From Cyanophora paradoxa CCMP329 (taxonomy: Eukaryota > Plantae > Glaucophyta), in contig QPMI01000655.1 in assembly GCA_004431415.1 (NCBI GenBank), positions 1-64,000 of the forward strand: a stretch of 64,000 nucleotides of DNA, read 5' to 3'. Each line of letters opens with the position of its first letter. Position 1 is the first letter of the stretch. The position numbers and the translations under genes were made by a program. Of this stretch, positions 58,901-64,000 are shown piece by piece. A model generated the notes under the pieces. The model made no database searches, was not told the DNA's origin, and worked only from the letters and a program-made list of their open reading frames with translations.

Positions 58901-61199
58901 GTGGTGTAGCCGCCCATGTCGGAGAAGATCTGCCTCGCGCCGAGTCAGCGGGGGTCGAAGTCGGGGGCGGGGGGCGGGGGCGGGGGCGCCTGGAGCGGGG
59001 CGAGGACGCCCGGCTGGCAGCCGACGGCGGGGGACTCGTCGCAGGGCGGGACGCTCACGACCAGCTGCCGCCCCGCCTTGCTCCTGCCCCCACAGCGGCG
59101 CTCGGAGGGGGCGAGGGGGCGGGGGCAGCGGGGCGGGGGCGGACACGAGGGGGAGGACGGTGGGGGAGCCGGCGTTGAGGACGCGGACGACGAGGGAGGG
59201 GTCCGCGTCGGTGAAGTTGAGGCCGGCGATGGTGACCCGCGTGCCCCCCGCGTAGGGCGCGTCCAGGGGCGACACCGAGGCGATGACCATGGTGGGGTTG
59301 TAGGAGTAGGCGCCCGGCAGCAGCAGCGCGGCGGAGCGCAGGGACTCGAGGGTGACGTTCTGGGGGGCGAAGAGGGCCATGTAGGCGGGCATCGCGGGTG
59401 CGATCGCCGTGACCTCCGTCGCCGAGGCCACGGTGACGTTCGTGAAGCGCAGGCCCCGCGCCCCGATAGTGATGTTCAGCGTCGTGTCCCCCACGTAGAA
59501 GCCTGCCCGCCCCGCCGGCGTCAGACTGGGCGGGCGGGGCGAGCGGGCGGGGCGGGGCGGGGCGAGGGCGCGCCTGTGCCGACGAAGGTGACGACGTTGC
59601 CGCCGACGCGGGGCCCCGAGGCGGCGGGGGCGACGCGGGAAAAGCCGAGGGGCGGGTTCCACGTCCAGGCCCCCGTCAGCGTCCACGTCCCCGAGCGCGC
59701 CGACGTGTACTGCCCCGGCGCGGCGTCAGGGGCGGGGGCGGGTGCGGGGGCGGGAGCGGGGACGGGGGCGGACGACGAGGTCGTAGGGTGTGCTGTAGGC
59801 GCGGCCGGTGCCGGCGGGGCTGGGGGTGCGCAGGAGGAAGGCGTCGGGGCGGAGGGTGAGGTTGGCCGTCGCGAGGCCGCCCAGCGTGACCGAGGCCGTC
59901 GCGTCGCCCGCGATGAACCCCGTCCCCGTCACCGTGATCGCCGACCCCTCCGCCGGCCCGTTCTCGAACGGCAGGATGGCCACCATCGCGATCGCTGCGG
60001 GGCGCCCGGCCCGGCGCGTCGGCCCGTGGAGCGAGCGCGACGCGGGGCGGGGCGGCGCGCACGCTCGTTGATGGTGTAGGCGGCGCTGATGCGGGAGGGC
60101 CCGTGCGTGGCGGAGCGGAGGGCCACCTCGCCCAGGCCCCGCTGCTCCCCGTTCGGCACCCTGAGCACGACCGCCGAGCGGTCGGCCGAGACGGAGACGA
60201 CGGCAGCCGCGCCGTAGGCCCGCCCCACGACCGTCGTGTCGGCGCCCCCCGCGAGGTCCGCCGCGCCCCGCAGCAGGTCGTCGCCCACGACCGTGATCCG
60301 GTTGTCTGCGCCCCGCCCCGGGCCCGTCGGGCGCCGCCCCGAGCGCAGGCGCGCCGCGTGCGCGCACCTCCGTACGAGGGCCCGTTCGAGGGAGTCACCG
60401 ACGCGATGCGCGCGTCTGAGCTGGGCGTCGGCGGGGGGGCGGTGGCCGAGCAGGGGGCGGCGCACTGCAGGCCTTGATGTTCAGAATGCCGGTGAAATCG
60501 CAGTCCGCAGCCAGGTTCGATGTCTTGCAGAGCACGCGCCAGTATACGATCGTGTCGAGCGCCCCCGCGCAGCGCCTGCCGCGCTTCAGCGGCTTCCGCG
60601 GCGCTGCCGGGCGCGGGGGCGCACGTAATATTCGCCCGGCCGGACGTGAAGGAGGAGGGTAAGGCGGTCGGAGGCGCCAATACTTGCGACTGATCCGTCA
60701 TGTCCACGAAGCTGCGCGGAGGCGCTCGTCAGCCAGCTGCTCAAACGCCTTCGCCCCGCGCCGCGCACGTAGTGCCGTCCAGGCTCGTCTGCAGCGAGAA
60801 GCGATCAAATCTGTTCGTTGAAATCGTGTCTTCCTTGTCCGTGACTGTCAGCCACGCATACCAGCCTGCCGCGGAGCGTGAGCTGGCCGCCAGGTCCGGC
60901 GAATCACTTCTAGCTAGCGATGCGAGGGCGGCAGCGCACCGCCGGTGAGTGCGTACTGATACTGGATGTAGTCGTTTGGATCGATAGTCCCGGCGGTCAC
61001 TGTGAAGGTCTGCGAGGGGACTAAGGGGGTGCTGACGACCACGTTGGCGCCCGCCGCGGCTGCGCATGCCGCCGCGCTCAGTCAACGGGCAATACAGTCG
61101 GCCTCTTTGGCCCAGGGCGCCTATGGATGCCGCACCGTGCAACCGCAGTGCGGCGATAGCTAAGGAAAGAACCAGCGCGGGGGACCATCGGACAGCCAT
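55905..61199 (-). CDS. Large IPT/TIG-repeat type I membrane (cell-surface) protein; multi-exon
   Basis: Signal peptide MAVRWSPALVLSLAIAALRLHGA. Repeated units: ASVTPSNGPSYGG..ITVVG, ILPFENGPAEGSAITVTGTGF, SVSPLDAPYAGGTRVTIAGLNF, AITPTDGPRVGSAFTISGRHF, INSVVPGSGPLPGGNVVTLLGTNL. TM LVLGVVVGVVGFALLAAIVGALLFFL followed by RRR. Confidence 0.85.
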
Positions 61200-61705
61200 G
61201 TGGTACAGCCTGTGGGTTCTCCTGCATCCTTCCTGCATCGCCGCCGCTCTAGCTGGCGCGCTGGCGTCAAGCCCAGCACGCAAATTTGCCTCCTCCAACA
61301 CGCTGGGCGGCCAGGGCGGGCCTTTGTGCGCGTGGTGGTCCAGCAAGCAATAGCCACCTCAAGTGCTGCACCCGAAACGCTCAAGTGCCTGTGCCTGCAG
61401 CTGGCAAGCTTGTCGAGGCTTTGTGTACCCGAGCCCGGCTCGACCCCGGGTCTGGCTCACCCCCCCACCCTCCGCCCCCACCTTCACCCCCCCCCCCCCC
61501 CCCCCCCCCCCCATGTGCAGGTGACCGCCCGACTTCCGAGTTGCGGCCGCGGCATGCGCAGGTGACCTGCAGATGAAGATCAGCTCAGGCGCGCCTGAGC
61601 CCTACGATGACCTCGGTGCGCCCAAAGCCAGCCACACCGATCGGCTCTAGCCCTCGGACCGATCGCATCGATTATCCCTCACAAAGCCGATCACCCCTCA
61701 AAGCA

Positions 61706-61990
61706 ATGGTGAAATTCACCGTGCAGCATTACGAGGGCCGGGCGCACTGCTGCGCCCGGACTCAGAGCGGCGAGCTCTGCTGCAACTCAGCGAAGTACAC
61801 CTGTAAGGGCCGCAAAGTGTGCGGCGTTCAAGCCCACATGGTGCAGGCCTGGCTCCGGTCTGTGCGAGTGCGAGTGAGCAGACCAGCGCGCACCCCGCCT
61901 CCGGTCATCGAAGTGATCGACCTTGAGGAGCTCGAGGAGGAGTTCTTCGAGGTCATCGACCTCGAGGAGGACGAGGAGGAGGAATACTAG
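61706..61990 (+). CDS. 94-aa intronless protein: small Cys/His zinc-finger-like motif plus two tandem SUMO-interacting-like motifs
   Basis: MVKFTVQHYEGRAHCCARTQSGELCCNSAKYTCKGRKVCGVQAH...VIEVIDLEELEEEFFEVIDLEEDEEEEY*. ATG context GCAATGG, GC3-biased codons, TGTAA at 62164. Confidence 0.65.
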   Translation: MVKFTVQHYEGRAHCCARTQSGELCCNSAKYTCKGRKVCGVQAHMVQAWLRSVRVRVSRPARTPPPVIEVIDLEELEEEFFEVIDLEEDEEEEY

Positions 61991-62453
61991 GAGATGAGCG
62001 CGCCCCTGACTGGGGGCGGCCGCACGCCGGCCCCGCCGGCGCCGGGCGCGCCGCGGCGGGACAACGCGAGAGGATGCGTACCTCCGCCGGGATCCGCCGG
62101 GCTGTATAGCTAGATGTACTATTATGTACAGTGCATTTCATTGTACAGACTGCGTTTAAACAGTGTAATGTCTTTTGAAGTCTAAACATGGACAGTGCCA
62201 CAGTCACGATAGATATCGTGTGGATGCAAATACGCGCGCTTTCGCACAGTTGACATGCCACGCTTGATAGCACGTACGTACACGTATATGCGTCAGATCG
62301 ATATTGCAAGAGGGTTTAGATCTGCTGCTGCGGGGGGCGGGGCGCAGGGACTCGACTGCAGCTGCTGGGGGCGGGCCGGAGGGGGGCGCCGGCGGCGCGG
62401 GGCGGGTGGGGCCTACGTGAAACGAAAGGGAGGGCGGGTAGCAGTCAGCGGGG

Positions 62454-64000
62454 TCACCGGAAGTGCTTGACGTCGTCCTGGAAGCGGGCGACGACGTCGG
62501 CGACGGACATGACGCCGAGCATGTTCGACGCCGCCGCCTCCTCCTTGGCTGCCTCCTTCCCCTCCCCGTGCGCCCCGCCGGCCGCCCGCACCGCCACCGT
62601 CCCGTCCGCCGCCTCCTTCTCGCCGACGACCAGGATGTAGTTGTAGTGCTGGATCTCCGCCTCCCGCACCTTCTTCGGCAGCTTCCGGTTCGTCGCGTCC
62701 AGGTCCGTGTAGAAGCCGGCCTCGTTCAGCGTCCGGTGCACCTGCCCGCCGCCCGCGTCGGCGCCGGCCCGCGCGGGGCAGCCGGGGGGGCGGGCGGGGG
62801 GCGGGGGACCTGGTGGGCGTAGTCGAGGAACTTCTCGGAGACGGGGATGACGATGGCCTGGCGGGGGGAGACCCAGAAGGGCCAGCGCCCGGCGCAGTGC
62901 TCCGTGAGGATGGCGATGAAGCGCTCGACCGAGCCCAGGATGGCCCGGTGGATGATCACGGGGCGCGCGAGGCGGCCCTGCTCGCCCGAGCCCTCCGCCT
63001 CGGCCGTCGAGTACTGCAGGTTGAAGCGGATGGGGAGCTGGAAGTCGAGCTGGATGGTCGCGCACTGGTGCCGCCGCTTGAGGGCGTCGAAGACGGTGAT
63101 GTCGATCTTGGGGCCGTAGAAGGCGCCGTCGCCCGGGTTGAGCTCCCAGGGCTTGCCGAACTTGTCGAGGGCCGCCTTGAGGTCGGCCTCGGCGGTGTTC
63201 CAGACCTCGATGTCGCCGAGGAAGTTCTCGGGGCGCGTCGAGAGGCGCAGCTCGAACTCGAACCCGAAGCGCCCGTACACGCTCTCCATGAACCCCAGCG
63301 CCCCCTCGATCTCGCTCATGATCTGCCCCCGCCACGCCCGCCTCAGCCGCGCCAGGCGGGGGCGGGGCGGGGGCGGGGGCGGGGGCGGGGCGGGCCTGGT
63401 CCTGGGCGCAGAAGATGTGGGCGTCGTCCTGCTGGAAGCGGCGGACGCGGGTGAGGCCGGTGAGGGTCCCCGAGAGCTCGTTGCGGTGCAGCACGCCGAA
63501 GTCGGCCAGGCGCAGCGGCAGCTCGCGGTAGGACCGCGCCCGCTGGGCGAACATCAGGCAGTGCCCTGCCCCCGCCCCCGTCAGCCGCCGCGCGCGCCGG
63601 CGCTCCTGTGGCGGGGGGAGGCACCGGGGCAGTTCATGGGCTTGAGGCCGAACTGCTGCTTCTCGACCTCGAAGATGAACATGTTGTCCTGCGCGCCGCC
63701 GCCTCAGGGGCGGTGCGGGGGGCGAGGCGGGCGGGGCGGGCGGGGGCGGGCCTTGTAGTTCTTGGCGTGGCCGGAGGTCTCCCAGAGGGCGAAGTTGTAC
63801 ATGTTCGGCGTGATGACCTCGCTGAAGCCGCGCTTGCGGTACTCGCTCTGCCCCGCCCCCGCCCCGCCTCGGCGCCGGCCGGCGGGGCGCGCGGGGCGGG
63901 GCGGGGCGGGGGGCGCACGCGGATGAAGTCGACGAGCTTGTTGTAGATGCGGGCGCCGTTGGGGAGGAAGAAGCAGGAGCCCGGGGAGAGCTCGTGGAAG
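62454..64000 (-). CDS. TARS: Threonyl-tRNA synthetase, C-terminal part (5' portion lies beyond the window); multi-exon
   Basis: [127 protein letters not shown]. Confidence 0.97.
   Translation of the reverse strand, partial: STSSPRAPASSSPTAPASTTSSSTSSACAPRPAPPRAPRRPAPRRGGGGAERVPQARLQRGHHAEHVQLRPLGDLRPRQELQGPPPPAPPASPPAPPLRRRRAGQHVHLRGREAAVRPQAHELPRCLPPPQERRRARRLTGAGAGHCLMFAQRARSYRELPLRLADFGVLHRNELSGTLTGLTRVRRFQQDDAHIFCAQDQARPAPAPAPAPPPPGAAEAGVAGADHERDRGGAGVHGERVRALRVRVRAAPLDAPRELPRRHRGLEHRRGRPQGGPRQVRQALGAQPGRRRLLRPQDRHHRLRRPQAAAPVRDHPARLPAPHPLQPAVLDGRGGGLGRAGPPRAPRDHPPGHPGLGRALHRHPHGALRRALALLGLPPPGHRHPRLREVPRLRPPGPPPPARPPGCPARAGADAGGGQVHRTLNEAGFYTDLDATNRKLPKKVREAEIQHYNYILVVGEKEAADGTVAVRAAGGAHGEGKEAAKEEAAASNMLGVMSVADVVARFQDDVKHFR

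Noticed and set aside
11665-61512. Long poly-G/poly-C runs (~11665, ~29068, ~39126, ~61487) as telomeric or functional elements
   Set aside because: Simple homopolymers, mostly inside introns, with unreliable length. They are an extreme of the C-rich intron 5' half already reported.
17-63946. Hundreds of long Arg/Pro/Gly/Ala-rich ORFs (e.g. 19102-22254, 33131-35722, 35938-38121)
   Set aside because: Shadow or off-frame ORFs caused by stop-codon scarcity at very high GC. The real coding frames are the spliced ones with recognisable motifs.

Overview
Very GC-rich, gene-dense eukaryotic nuclear DNA, not prokaryotic. About 20 protein-coding genes are broken by many short (~40-90 nt) spliceosomal introns, so most long Arg/Pro/Gly-rich ORFs in the six-frame track are shadows. 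Plastid-type transit peptides with an early Phe, a cyanobacterial-type MnmG and the intron style suggest a glaucophyte-like alga such as Cyanophora (inference). Genes in order: aminopeptidase N (-, partial); secreted vanadium-haloperoxidase/PAP2-like (+); TKL kinase with Yippee-like Zn domain and C-terminal RING (-); SREK1/SRSF11-like (+); PX-BAR sorting nexin (-); short TTC25-like TPR (+); MnmG/GidA (-); TEP1-like DUF4062-NACHT-WD40 (-); Lys-rich coiled-coil (-); soluble-adenylyl-cyclase-like STAND protein (+); hypothetical (-); Lnt-like membrane CN-hydrolase (-); PRPP synthetase (-); Gemin2 (+); RBM22 (-); coiled-coil (+); type-I membrane protein (-); F-box/XPA-like (-); IPT/TIG-repeat surface protein (-); tiny Zn-finger/SIM protein (+); threonyl-tRNA synthetase (-, partial). 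Most notable: an unusual intron grammar (frequent GC donors, C-rich 5' half and G-rich 3' half instead of a polypyrimidine tract), a cluster of AT-rich microsatellite introns, one intron built from an inverted and duplicated copy of its own exon, a kinase-Yippee-RING architecture whose RING is absent from the ORF track, a haloperoxidase-like protein with Lys-to-Glu at a vanadate ligand, and two NLR-like STAND genes about 4 kb apart. All models were assembled by eye. CDS coordinates span introns, several ends are approximate, and 1-nt homopolymer deletions are present.
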